From Candidatus Aegiribacteria sp. (lineage in GTDB: Bacteria > Fermentibacterota > Fermentibacteria > Fermentibacterales > JCC-6): 48,434 nucleotides of DNA. Shown one piece after another: positions 11,990 to 20,082 of this stretch (within the stretch, counting starts at the first letter, position 1; each line of letters starts with the position of its first letter). The position numbers and the translations under genes were made by a program. A model generated the notes under the pieces. It was not told where the DNA came from. It worked only from the letters and a program-made list of their open reading frames with translations, and searched no databases. The stretch spans positions 1 through 48,434 of the forward strand of contig JAWOBF010000070.1 of assembly GCA_046498225.1 (NCBI GenBank). The letters are read 5' to 3'.

Positions 11990-12124
11990 ATGAAGAGGAC
12001 CTACCAGCCAAGCAGACTCTCGAAGGCAAGAAAGCACGGTTTCCGTGCCCGGATGTCTTCCAGGAGCGGAAGAAGAATACTCAATGCCAGAAGGAGAAAG
12101 GGAAGGAAAAAGCTCATTCCCTGA
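11990..12124 (+). CDS. rpmH: 50S ribosomal protein L34
   Basis: MKRTYQPS...KHGFRARM...[16 protein letters not shown], 44 aa. Confidence 0.98.
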   Translation: MKRTYQPSRLSKARKHGFRARMSSRSGRRILNARRRKGRKKLIP

Positions 12125-12130
12125 CGGATC

Positions 12131-12472
12131 ATGAAGAGAACCCTGAATAGGGGCTCCCAGTTCAGAAGGGTTTTCAGGACGGGTAAGGCTTTCAGGGGAG
12201 GATCTTTCAGAGCTGTCTACGCGAAGAATGCCCTGGGCTTTATCCGCCTGGGGTTTTCGCTTTCGGCAAAAAGCGGGAACGCTGTATCGAGGAATCTGAT
12301 GCGAAGAAGGATAAGGTCCCTGGCCCGCGGGAAGAGGGTTGGAGCCGATATAGTTATATTACCCGTCGGCGGACTGGAAGGTCTGAAGTGGCAGGCTGTG
12401 AAGAGGGACTTTGATGAACTGTTGCGCCGCATGGAGGACCGGTTCTCCGAGGGAGCCGATGAAGAGAAATGA
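12131..12472 (+). CDS. rnpA: Ribonuclease P protein component
   Basis: [24 protein letters not shown] (RNR-motif variant); follows rpmH. Confidence 0.92.
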   Translation: MKRTLNRGSQFRRVFRTGKAFRGGSFRAVYAKNALGFIRLGFSLSAKSGNAVSRNLMRRRIRSLARGKRVGADIVILPVGGLEGLKWQAVKRDFDELLRRMEDRFSEGADEEK

Positions 12473-12725
12473 AAGCCACCGTAAGGGGAGCGTTGCCGAG
12501 AGGTCACTGATCGCATTGATATGGGCCTACAGGAAGTTCATTTCCCCATGTCTGCCGTCCGGCTGCATTTACACCCCTACATGCAGCAGGTACGCGGAGG
12601 TCGCCATAAGAAGGTTCGGGGCTTTGAGAGGTTCATGGCTGGCGGCGCGGCGGATACTCCGGTGTCATCCTTTCAGGAATGGAGGGTACGATCCTGTACC
12701 GAATAAATGGGAGAACAGAAAATGA
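12459..12725 (+). CDS. yidD: Membrane protein insertion efficiency factor YidD
   Basis: ISP...[10 protein letters not shown]...[15 protein letters not shown]. Confidence 0.95.
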   Translation: MKRNESHRKGSVAERSLIALIWAYRKFISPCLPSGCIYTPTCSRYAEVAIRRFGALRGSWLAARRILRCHPFRNGGYDPVPNKWENRK

Positions 12726-14317
12726 GTGATCAGAACAGACTACTGCTGGCGGCGGCGCTGATGGCACTTGTGCTTTTCGTGAGCTGGCAGTTCATGGGAA
12801 AGACCGCCGGCACCGGAACAGCAGACAGCCGGAGCGGGACCGCGCAGCAGCTCCCCCTGACTGAACACGAGAATGAGGAAGTACAGCCGGAGGCGGCTGA
12901 CACGGCGGAAGCCTCAACTGAAAAGGATTCGCTTTCCGTTGAAGATGTTTCGATCGTACCCGTTGTTGAAAGAATAATTACCGTAATAATACGTGACGAA
13001 GGCAGGGATATCGTCGTTGCGGAAATATCAACAGTGTCCGGGTCCGTTCAGAGCTGGGAGCTTTCCAGGTACGAGGATATTCCCGGCGGCGAAGGGGGAG
13101 GAAATGTAAACTTCGACGGCTCGGTGTGGATGCCGGAAGAGGGGGGATTCGAGTCTTCAGCGCCGGACACGGTTATCGTGGATGACGGGCCGAGGACCAT
13201 CACACTTGTATCACCTGCCGGGGACAGGTCGCTTACATACCGGTTCAGCCCGGGTTTCTACGGGTTCAGCCTCGAGAGGGAAGGATTTGACGGGCAGATA
13301 TCTGTCAGCAGCGGAGTACTTCCGGTTAGCGAGACGAACGTTACACCGGGAAATTACTTCGAAGCCCATTGGAACGCGGAGAAGGTCAAAAGCAGGGATA
13401 CCAAGGACATAGAATTCAACGACCAGGTTGGTAACGTAAGGTGGATAGCCACAAGGTCGAAATATTTCGGAATAATCCTGCTTCCCGGGTCTTTCGAAAG
13501 GGCTTACGGATACGTCTACGCTTCGAACGGGGAAAGCTCGCCGGCGGTTGGAATAGATGACAGCAGTGTGCTGGTGTACGCCGGTCCGCTAGACTACGGA
13601 CGGCTCAGGTCTCTCGGCAGCGACACTCACCTGATGGTGGATTTTGGATGGCCGATAATCAGGGACATCGGCAGGCTGCTGTTCTGGTTCAGCACCTCGG
13701 TGCTGGGATTCGTCGGCAACTGGGGCGTGAAGATCATCCTTCTTTCAATAGTGCTCAAACTGGTACTGCTCCCGCTGACCACCAAGAGCTTCCGGTCCAT
13801 GGCGAAACTCAAGCAGGTGCAGCCGAGGATGAAGGAGCTGCAGGAGAAGTACAGGAACGACCCGAAGGCACTTCAGACCGCGATGCAGAAGCTGTACAGG
13901 GAGGAGGGTGTGAATCCCCTGGGAGGATGTCTTCCAATGCTGATGCAGATGCCGGTCTTTTTTGCTCTGTACAGAGTGCTGGCGAATTCAGTGCAGCTGA
14001 GGGGCGCGGGATTCATGCTGTGGATACAGGACCTCTCCACTCCGGAGCTGCTGGTAGAGTTCAGCAGCCCCATGCTTGGACTGCAGGGAATAGGACTGCT
14101 GGCGGTGCTTATGGGAGTTTCCATGTTCCTTCAGCAGAAGATGACTACCGCCGACCAGAGCCAGAAGAGCATGACTTACATTCTGCCCGTATTCATGACC
14201 TACCTGTTCATGCGTTTCCCCGCGGGACTTACGCTCTACTGGTTCATGAACAACCTGCTGACAATAGGGCAGCAGTACATGATCAACAGTAAGCTGGAAG
14301 CGGAAAAGCAGTCCTGA
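12707..14317 (+). CDS. yidC: Membrane protein insertase YidC (start may be 12722)
   Basis: N-terminal TM helix, periplasmic domain, [40 protein letters not shown]. Confidence 0.97.
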   Translation: MGEQKMSDQNRLLLAAALMALVLFVSWQFMGKTAGTGTADSRSGTAQQLPLTEHENEEVQPEAADTAEASTEKDSLSVEDVSIVPVVERIITVIIRDEGRDIVVAEISTVSGSVQSWELSRYEDIPGGEGGGNVNFDGSVWMPEEGGFESSAPDTVIVDDGPRTITLVSPAGDRSLTYRFSPGFYGFSLEREGFDGQISVSSGVLPVSETNVTPGNYFEAHWNAEKVKSRDTKDIEFNDQVGNVRWIATRSKYFGIILLPGSFERAYGYVYASNGESSPAVGIDDSSVLVYAGPLDYGRLRSLGSDTHLMVDFGWPIIRDIGRLLFWFSTSVLGFVGNWGVKIILLSIVLKLVLLPLTTKSFRSMAKLKQVQPRMKELQEKYRNDPKALQTAMQKLYREEGVNPLGGCLPMLMQMPVFFALYRVLANSVQLRGAGFMLWIQDLSTPELLVEFSSPMLGLQGIGLLAVLMGVSMFLQQKMTTADQSQKSMTYILPVFMTYLFMRFPAGLTLYWFMNNLLTIGQQYMINSKLEAEKQS

Positions 14318-14357
14318 ATCCTGTCTGATTGAAGGGAAAAAGCGGTAGGAAGCGCGA

Positions 14358-15617
14358 ATGGATAGATATCCGTCCGAGATAATATGCGCACTGGCAACGC
14401 CGGAGGGCGCCTCCGCACTGGCCGTAGTGAGATTGAGCGGAAGAGGTTCGGCGGAGCTTGTTGAAGGGCTCATGCGTCTGCAGCCCGGTGGATTGCGCGG
14501 AATGCGGAGGAAAGTTGGAACCGTGGTCCACAGGGGAAGGGAACTGGACCAGGTAGTAGCCCTGGGCTGGCCGGAGGGATCCAGCTATACCGGGGAAGAG
14601 ATGGTCGAGATGATCTGCCACGGTGTTCCGGAAACAGTCAGGCGCATAGTTGACTCCCTCATTGACCGCGGTGCCAGACGGGCGGAACCGGGGGAGTTCA
14701 CACGCAGGGCATACGCCGCGGGGAAGCTCGGCGCGCTGCAGGTGTTGGCGCTGGCGTCAAGATGGAGGGAAGGAGAAGAGAACAGCACTGCGGCAGGCGG
14801 TGCGATCAGTTCATGCGAAAAGCTCCTGGCCGGAATAGAAAGCGCGCAGGAAGCGATGGAAGGCGAGATAGAATTCCGTGAGGAGCATTCAGTGGGTGAC
14901 CGGCCGCCGGCACTGCTGGTGATGAAGAGGCTGGCGGAAGCGACGGAGGAGTTCCGGCGACGCGCGGATGAACTGGAAGGTGGAAGCAGGGTACTTCTGA
15001 TGGGACCGGTGAACGTTGGAAAATCCACCCTGTTCAACCTCCTGGCGGGCAGTGAGAAAGCCCTGGTTTCCGAGATTCCGGGAACCACGAGGGACGGCTC
15101 CGCATGCGCGATCGAGATGCGAGGAAGGAAAGTAGAGCTGTTCGATACGGCCGGTGCCGGCGGCGGAGACCTTGACGGCAGGATGTACCGGCGTACGCTG
15201 GATTCCCTGGACGGTACGGAGACCGCTGTCTGGATGACCGAAGGCGAAGGGGAACCGCCCCCCGTTGAACTGCTGAAGAAGGCGGGCAGGGTGGTCAGGG
15301 TGCTGGGCAAGAGCGACATCTTTCCAGGAGAGTGTGGAGCGGGTGCGATAAGGCTGTCATCCTTCACCGGAGAGGGGGTGGAGGAGCTCAGGAGAGACCT
15401 TGCCTCCGTCCCCGGAAGCATGTCCATAACAGGTGCCGCGGCGCGGATACATGATAGAATAGAGACTTCCATCAGAATGGTATCGGAAGGTGACCTCGGA
15501 ATAGCCGCGGAAATGCTCAGCGAAGCGGATGAGGAGCTCAGAGGACTGATGGGCAGGGGCGAGAATATAACTCTGAGCGTAGACCGCGCACTCTCTTCAC
15601 TGTGCGTGGGAAAATGA
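14358..15617 (+). CDS. mnmE: tRNA modification GTPase MnmE/TrmE (short, divergent)
   Basis: VVRLSG, SYTGEEMVEMICHG, AEPGEFTRRA, GPVNVGKST, PGTTRD, DTAG, C-terminal LCVGK. Confidence 0.9.
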   Translation: MDRYPSEIICALATPEGASALAVVRLSGRGSAELVEGLMRLQPGGLRGMRRKVGTVVHRGRELDQVVALGWPEGSSYTGEEMVEMICHGVPETVRRIVDSLIDRGARRAEPGEFTRRAYAAGKLGALQVLALASRWREGEENSTAAGGAISSCEKLLAGIESAQEAMEGEIEFREEHSVGDRPPALLVMKRLAEATEEFRRRADELEGGSRVLLMGPVNVGKSTLFNLLAGSEKALVSEIPGTTRDGSACAIEMRGRKVELFDTAGAGGGDLDGRMYRRTLDSLDGTETAVWMTEGEGEPPPVELLKKAGRVVRVLGKSDIFPGECGAGAIRLSSFTGEGVEELRRDLASVPGSMSITGAAARIHDRIETSIRMVSEGDLGIAAEMLSEADEELRGLMGRGENITLSVDRALSSLCVGK

Positions 15618-17440
15618 AAGAGGATTATCAGGTCATAGTTGTAGGAGGCGGCCACGCCGGAATAGAGGCGGCGCTGGCATCCTCGAGGATCGGCTGCACC
15701 ACATTGATGATAACCGCCAGGACGGACAGAGTGGGCGAGATGTCCTGCAACCCTGCCATAGGTGGTATAGCCAAGGGCACTATCGTCCGGGAGGTGGATG
15801 CGCTGGACGGTTCCATGGCGGCGGCGGCGGATGCAACAAGCCTTCAGTTCAGAATGCTCAACAGGAGAAAGGGGCCCGCTGTCTGGGGACCGAGGGTACA
15901 GTCGGACGCGGCTGAATACGCATCTTACCAGCTGAACAGCATAAGAGGAAGCGGCGTTACCCTGCTGGAGGACGAAGTGGTAGCGCTTGATGGAATGACC
16001 GGGCGTATCAGCGGTGTCGTGTGCAGGAAGACCGGAAGGATATCGGGAAGGTCGGTTGTGCTGGCCACGGGTACGTTCCTCAGGGGGCGGCTTTACAGGG
16101 GGAGCGAGAGATGGAGGGGCGGAAGGATAGGAGACATTTCGTCGGACCACCTTGAAATGGACCTGGCGGAGCGGGGGTTCCACGTGGAACGTTTCAAGAC
16201 CGGCACACCCGCAAGGGTGGTGAGAAGCACCGTGGATGTGAGCGCGCTGGAGGAAGAGCCTTCCGAGGAGACAGGCTACAGATTCAGCTACGGCGGAGGC
16301 CCGCTCTCGACAGTCAGGGAACGCTGTTTCACAACGCGGACGAACGAAGGGACGGCCGAAGCGGTAAGGAAATTTTCGGACCGCTCACCGCTGCTGGCCG
16401 GAAGGATAGAGGGAACGGGGCCGAGGTACTGCCCCAGTTTCGAGGACAAGGTCTTCAAGTTCCCCGACCGGTCCTGTCACAGGATTTTCGTGGAGCCAAT
16501 GGGAAGGTCCTCGAGGTACTTCTACCTGAACGGCCTTTCAACAAGCATGCCCAGGGAAGCTCAGGAGATGATGGTGCGCTCACTGCCTGGTTTCGAGAAG
16601 GCGGAAATAGCCATCTACGGCTACGCGGTGGAATATTCCTACTTCCATCACTCGGAGCTTGAGGACACTTTGAGGCTGAGAAGGACGGAGAACGTGTTCG
16701 CCGCCGGCCAGATATGCGGTACGTCCGGTTACGAGGAGGCGGCGGGACTTGGGGTTCTGGCGGGAATTAACGCCGCGAGGGCAACTGAAGGACTGCAACC
16801 GCTAGTTCTGTCCAGAATGGAATCCTACGTAGGCGTTATGGTGGACGATATAGTGAATACAGGGCTGGACGAGCCGTACCGGATGTTCTCATCCAGGGCG
16901 GAGAACAGGCTCCACCTGAGGCAGGACAACGCGGACAGGAGGCTGTACGGAACGGCTGAGGAAACGGGAGTGCTGTCGAAGGAGAAGTCCCGTGTGCTCG
17001 GCCGGAGGCTGAGGGAGGCGGAGAGACTGAAGGTGATACTGGAGAAGGGCGCATCGAATGGCGTCTCACTCGCAAGGCTGTGCAGGCGCGGTGATGTTGG
17101 ACCGCAGGAGCTGTCGGCAATGGTTCCGGAGCTGGACTCGCCGGACCTGGACGTGCTGCGGTCGGTAATGCTGGACGAGAAGTACGCGGGTTACATTCAA
17201 AGGAACCTGAGAAGGCACCGATCCAGAAGCGTCTCGTCTGGCATCACACTGGAAAGCATAGATTCATACATGGAAATTGACGAGATATGCTGGGAGGCCA
17301 GGGAAGTCCTGGAGAGGGAAAAACCGGAGAACATCTCCCTGGCAGAGCGTCTTCCCGGGGTCAGGCCCACGGACATTCAGGGACTTATGATCCATCTGGG
17401 CAGAAAACGTTCCACGTGGAACGTGGAAGAGGAAGAATGA
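15614..17440 (+). CDS. mnmG: tRNA uridine-5-carboxymethylaminomethyl modification enzyme MnmG/GidA
   Basis: VVGGGHAG, MSCNPAIGG, KGPAVWGPR, GPRYCPS, AGQICGTSGYEEAA; ATGA overlap with mnmE. Confidence 0.97.
   Translation: MKEDYQVIVVGGGHAGIEAALASSRIGCTTLMITARTDRVGEMSCNPAIGGIAKGTIVREVDALDGSMAAAADATSLQFRMLNRRKGPAVWGPRVQSDAAEYASYQLNSIRGSGVTLLEDEVVALDGMTGRISGVVCRKTGRISGRSVVLATGTFLRGRLYRGSERWRGGRIGDISSDHLEMDLAERGFHVERFKTGTPARVVRSTVDVSALEEEPSEETGYRFSYGGGPLSTVRERCFTTRTNEGTAEAVRKFSDRSPLLAGRIEGTGPRYCPSFEDKVFKFPDRSCHRIFVEPMGRSSRYFYLNGLSTSMPREAQEMMVRSLPGFEKAEIAIYGYAVEYSYFHHSELEDTLRLRRTENVFAAGQICGTSGYEEAAGLGVLAGINAARATEGLQPLVLSRMESYVGVMVDDIVNTGLDEPYRMFSSRAENRLHLRQDNADRRLYGTAEETGVLSKEKSRVLGRRLREAERLKVILEKGASNGVSLARLCRRGDVGPQELSAMVPELDSPDLDVLRSVMLDEKYAGYIQRNLRRHRSRSVSSGITLESIDSYMEIDEICWEAREVLEREKPENISLAERLPGVRPTDIQGLMIHLGRKRSTWNVEEEE
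16176..16191. promoter_or_regulatory. parS: parS site 1 (inside mnmG)
   Basis: gGTTCCACGTGGAACg, 14-bp perfect palindrome resembling the TGTTNCACGTGAAACA consensus. Confidence 0.8.
17407..17424. promoter_or_regulatory. parS: parS site 2 (3' end of mnmG)
   Basis: ACGTTCCACGTGGAACGT, 18-bp perfect palindrome about 0.7 kb upstream of parA. Confidence 0.85.
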
Positions 17441-18060
17441 ACAGGAACGAGGTCCCTCCCCGGAATTTTCCCTCCAGGGAAGCGATGGCTTCGGACCTGG
17501 AGGAGCTGGGAATAGAGGCAGAGCCCGGCGCGCTGCGGCGGATGACGGATTTCTCGCTGATACTGCTGAAAAGGTCCCGTTTCGTGAACCTCATCGGCCC
17601 GGCGGAGCTGAACAGGCTGTGGAGAAGGCACTATCTGGAATCCTGCTGCTACTCCCTTCTCATGGAAAGTAACGAAGAAACCGTTGACATCGGTACGGGG
17701 AACGGCTTTCCCGGACTGGTACTCGCCATCCTGGGTTTCAGGATGGTCCTTCTGGAGCCGCGCAGGAAGAGGTTCCTGTTTCTCCGTCACGCGGCCGAGG
17801 AACTGGGGCTGGTCCACTGCAGGGTTGAGCAGTGCCGTCTGGAGGACTTCACGGATGCCGGCCGGCCGGCGCGGTACACGGCACGGTCGGTGGCGCCACC
17901 GGAGAAGCTGCTTGAAATAATTGACGGAATATCGGGGGAGGGATCCACCCTTGTCTGCAGGCAGCCGGGTGTCGCCGCCGATGAAAATTGCCACAGAACG
18001 GTCGAGCTCAGATGCCCGCCGCTTGACCGAAGCGGGTTTCTGGTGCAGTATCGGGTCTGA
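17437..18060 (+). CDS. rsmG: 16S rRNA m7G527 methyltransferase RsmG/GidB
   Basis: VNLIG, RHYLES, VDIGTGNGFPGLVLAI, LLEPRRKR, TARSVA; ATGA overlap with mnmG. Confidence 0.92.
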   Translation: MNRNEVPPRNFPSREAMASDLEELGIEAEPGALRRMTDFSLILLKRSRFVNLIGPAELNRLWRRHYLESCCYSLLMESNEETVDIGTGNGFPGLVLAILGFRMVLLEPRRKRFLFLRHAAEELGLVHCRVEQCRLEDFTDAGRPARYTARSVAPPEKLLEIIDGISGEGSTLVCRQPGVAADENCHRTVELRCPPLDRSGFLVQYRV

Positions 18061-18146
18061 CAGGACTATCGCTCCGCGGGGAACTCGCGGGCCCTGTTCG
18101 ATCCACTTATGGCCATGAATCCGTAAACCACTGCAAAGGACGGCTG

Positions 18147-18908
18147 ATGAGGGTTACCAGAACCATAGCCATCGCCAACCAGAAGGGCGGCGTGGGAAAG
18201 ACCACCACCGCCATCAATCTCGGAGCAAGCCTGGCAATGAACGACCGGGAGGTTCTGGTTGTGGATTTCGACCCCCAGGTGAACGCCACCGCGGGTCTCG
18301 GCGTGAAGGAGACCGATGGCTGCACGGTAGGTCACCTTCTTCAGGGGGAGAGAGAGCTGGGAGAGGTGGTCAGGCCCACAAGCGTGGAGGGACTCTCTCT
18401 GCTACCCGGTTCACGAAGCCTTTCCGGCCTGGAGATAGAGATGGCCACCGCGGAGTACAGGGAATTCATCCTCAGGGAAGCCCTGGAGGAGGCCTCCGGG
18501 AAGTACGATTTCGTCCTGGTGGATTGCCCGCCCTCACTTGGTCTTCTCACGATAAATGGTCTGGTGGCGGCATCCGAAGTGCTGGTCACTCTTCAGAGCG
18601 AGTACTACGCCCTGGAAGGTCTCTCCCACCTGATCGATACTGTAAGGAACGTGAAGCGGCTCTGGAACCCGGGACTGCGCATAAGCGGCGTGGTACTGAC
18701 GATGTTCGACAGAAGGCTCATCCTGAGCAGGGACGTTGAGGAGGAAGTCAGGAATTTTCTTGGGCCCAAGCTTTTCAAGACATGTATTCCTAGAAACGTA
18801 AAACTAAGCGAAGCACCGAGTTATGGAATTCCGGCGCTTCTTTATGATGCGAAATCAAAAGGTGCGGTTAGCTACCTCAGCCTGGCCAGGGAGGTAATCA
18901 GCAGATGA
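18147..18908 (+). CDS. parA: Chromosome partitioning ATPase ParA/Soj
   Basis: NQKGGVGKTTT, DFDPQVNAT, DCPPSLG, IPRNVKLSEAPSYG. Confidence 0.98.
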   Translation: MRVTRTIAIANQKGGVGKTTTAINLGASLAMNDREVLVVDFDPQVNATAGLGVKETDGCTVGHLLQGERELGEVVRPTSVEGLSLLPGSRSLSGLEIEMATAEYREFILREALEEASGKYDFVLVDCPPSLGLLTINGLVAASEVLVTLQSEYYALEGLSHLIDTVRNVKRLWNPGLRISGVVLTMFDRRLILSRDVEEEVRNFLGPKLFKTCIPRNVKLSEAPSYGIPALLYDAKSKGAVSYLSLAREVISR

Positions 18909-19774
18909 CCAGACGAAAGCGTAAAGCCCTGGGAAAGGGAATGGACGCCATCTTTCCCGGCATATCCGATGACGAGGGGTCCGGCGCCAGGGAGATCGAC
19001 ATCGGCAGGATTCTGCCGAACCCCTTTCAGCCGAGGAAGGAGTGGAGCGCGGACGAGATAGCTTCTCTGGCAAGGTCCATACTCTCACAGGGGATACTTC
19101 AGCCCCTGGTGGTCAGGAGGGCCGGTGAAGATTTCCAGCTGATAGCAGGCGAAAGGAGGCTCAGGGCCGCCAAGGAAGCGGGCCTTGAAAAGGTCCCCGT
19201 GATCGTCAGACAGGCGGACGACCAGCAGATGCTGGCCCTGGCCCTGGTGGAGAACATACAGCGGCGGGACCTCGGACCAGTTGAAAAGGCAGAGGCGTTC
19301 AGCCGGCTCTCGAAGGAGTTCGGTCTTACACAGGAGGAGATGGGGGAACGGGTCGGCATGAGCAGATCCTCTGTTGCCAACTTCCAGAGACTCCTGGAAC
19401 TGCCCGGGAAGGTGCTTGACCTGCTCAGGAGCGGAAAGCTGAGCATGGGACACGGAAGGGCTCTGCTGGGGCTGGAGGATGGGAGCCGCATGGAAAGGCT
19501 CGCGGTCAGCGCCGTGAAGAGGAGCCTTTCGGTAAGAGAGGTGGAAGAGAGCGTCCGCAGGCTGAACGCGGCCGGCAGCGGTACCTCCGGCAGGGAGGTC
19601 AGGGAGACCGACGCGGAGACCAGGAAACTTCAGGATTCTCTTCAGCGGATACTGAAGACAAGGGTGAGAATCAGGGGAAGGGGAGGGTCCGGAAGGATAG
19701 AGATAAGCTATCACAGCCTGGATGAGCTGGACCGGCTTCTGGACGTCATACGGACCGGCGGCGGCAGCCGGTGA
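18905..19774 (+). CDS. parB: Chromosome partitioning CTPase ParB/Spo0J
   Basis: NPFQPRK, GILQPLVVR, IAGERRLRA, ENIQRRDL, HTH SRSSVAN..RLL, MGHGRALL (ParB-like, not Noc-like). Confidence 0.98.
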   Translation: MTRRKRKALGKGMDAIFPGISDDEGSGAREIDIGRILPNPFQPRKEWSADEIASLARSILSQGILQPLVVRRAGEDFQLIAGERRLRAAKEAGLEKVPVIVRQADDQQMLALALVENIQRRDLGPVEKAEAFSRLSKEFGLTQEEMGERVGMSRSSVANFQRLLELPGKVLDLLRSGKLSMGHGRALLGLEDGSRMERLAVSAVKRSLSVREVEESVRRLNAAGSGTSGREVRETDAETRKLQDSLQRILKTRVRIRGRGGSGRIEISYHSLDELDRLLDVIRTGGGSR

Positions 19775-19781
19775 AGTTAAG

Positions 19782-19810
19782 TTGACCACTATGGCCCGAG
19801 AGCATATACT
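19782..19810 (+). promoter_or_regulatory. sigma70-type promoter for the ferredoxin
   Basis: TTGACC-17 bp-TATACT. Confidence 0.7.
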
Positions 19811-19863
19811 CCCTGAAATGCAGCGGAAGAAACCAGGACAGAGCGCTCAGGAAAGGAGCATGA

Positions 19864-20031
19864 ATGGCACATAAGATAAATGACGATTGTATAGCATGCG
19901 GGGCCTGTATGCCCGAATGCCCGGTGGATGCCATCAGTGAGGGAGAGAAATATTCCATCGACCCCGATACCTGCATCGACTGCGGAGCCTGCGTGGCGGC
20001 ATGTCCCGTAGGGGCTATCGAAGGCCCCTGA
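19864..20031 (+). CDS. Clostridial-type 2[4Fe-4S] ferredoxin (55 aa)
   Basis: Manual translation MAHKINDDCIACGACMPECPVDAISEGEKYSIDPDTCIDCGACVAACPVGAIEGP; two CxxCxxCxxxCP motifs; AAGGAG RBS. Confidence 0.96.
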   Translation: MAHKINDDCIACGACMPECPVDAISEGEKYSIDPDTCIDCGACVAACPVGAIEGP

Positions 20032-20045
20032 ACTCCCCCGACCTG

Positions 20046-20082
20046 AAAGCCGTCCGAACAACAGCTTCGGGCGGCTTTTTTT
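20046..20082 (+). terminator. Intrinsic terminator, probably bidirectional
   Basis: AAA-GCCGTCCGAA-caacagc-TTCGGGCGGC-TTTTTTT between convergent genes. Confidence 0.85.

Noticed and set aside
14585..16183. 532-aa minus-strand ORF
   Set aside because: Antisense to mnmE/mnmG; Ser/Pro-rich shadow translation.
19789..20061. Minus-strand ORFs of 76 and 90 aa after parB
   Set aside because: Antisense to the real ferredoxin gene.
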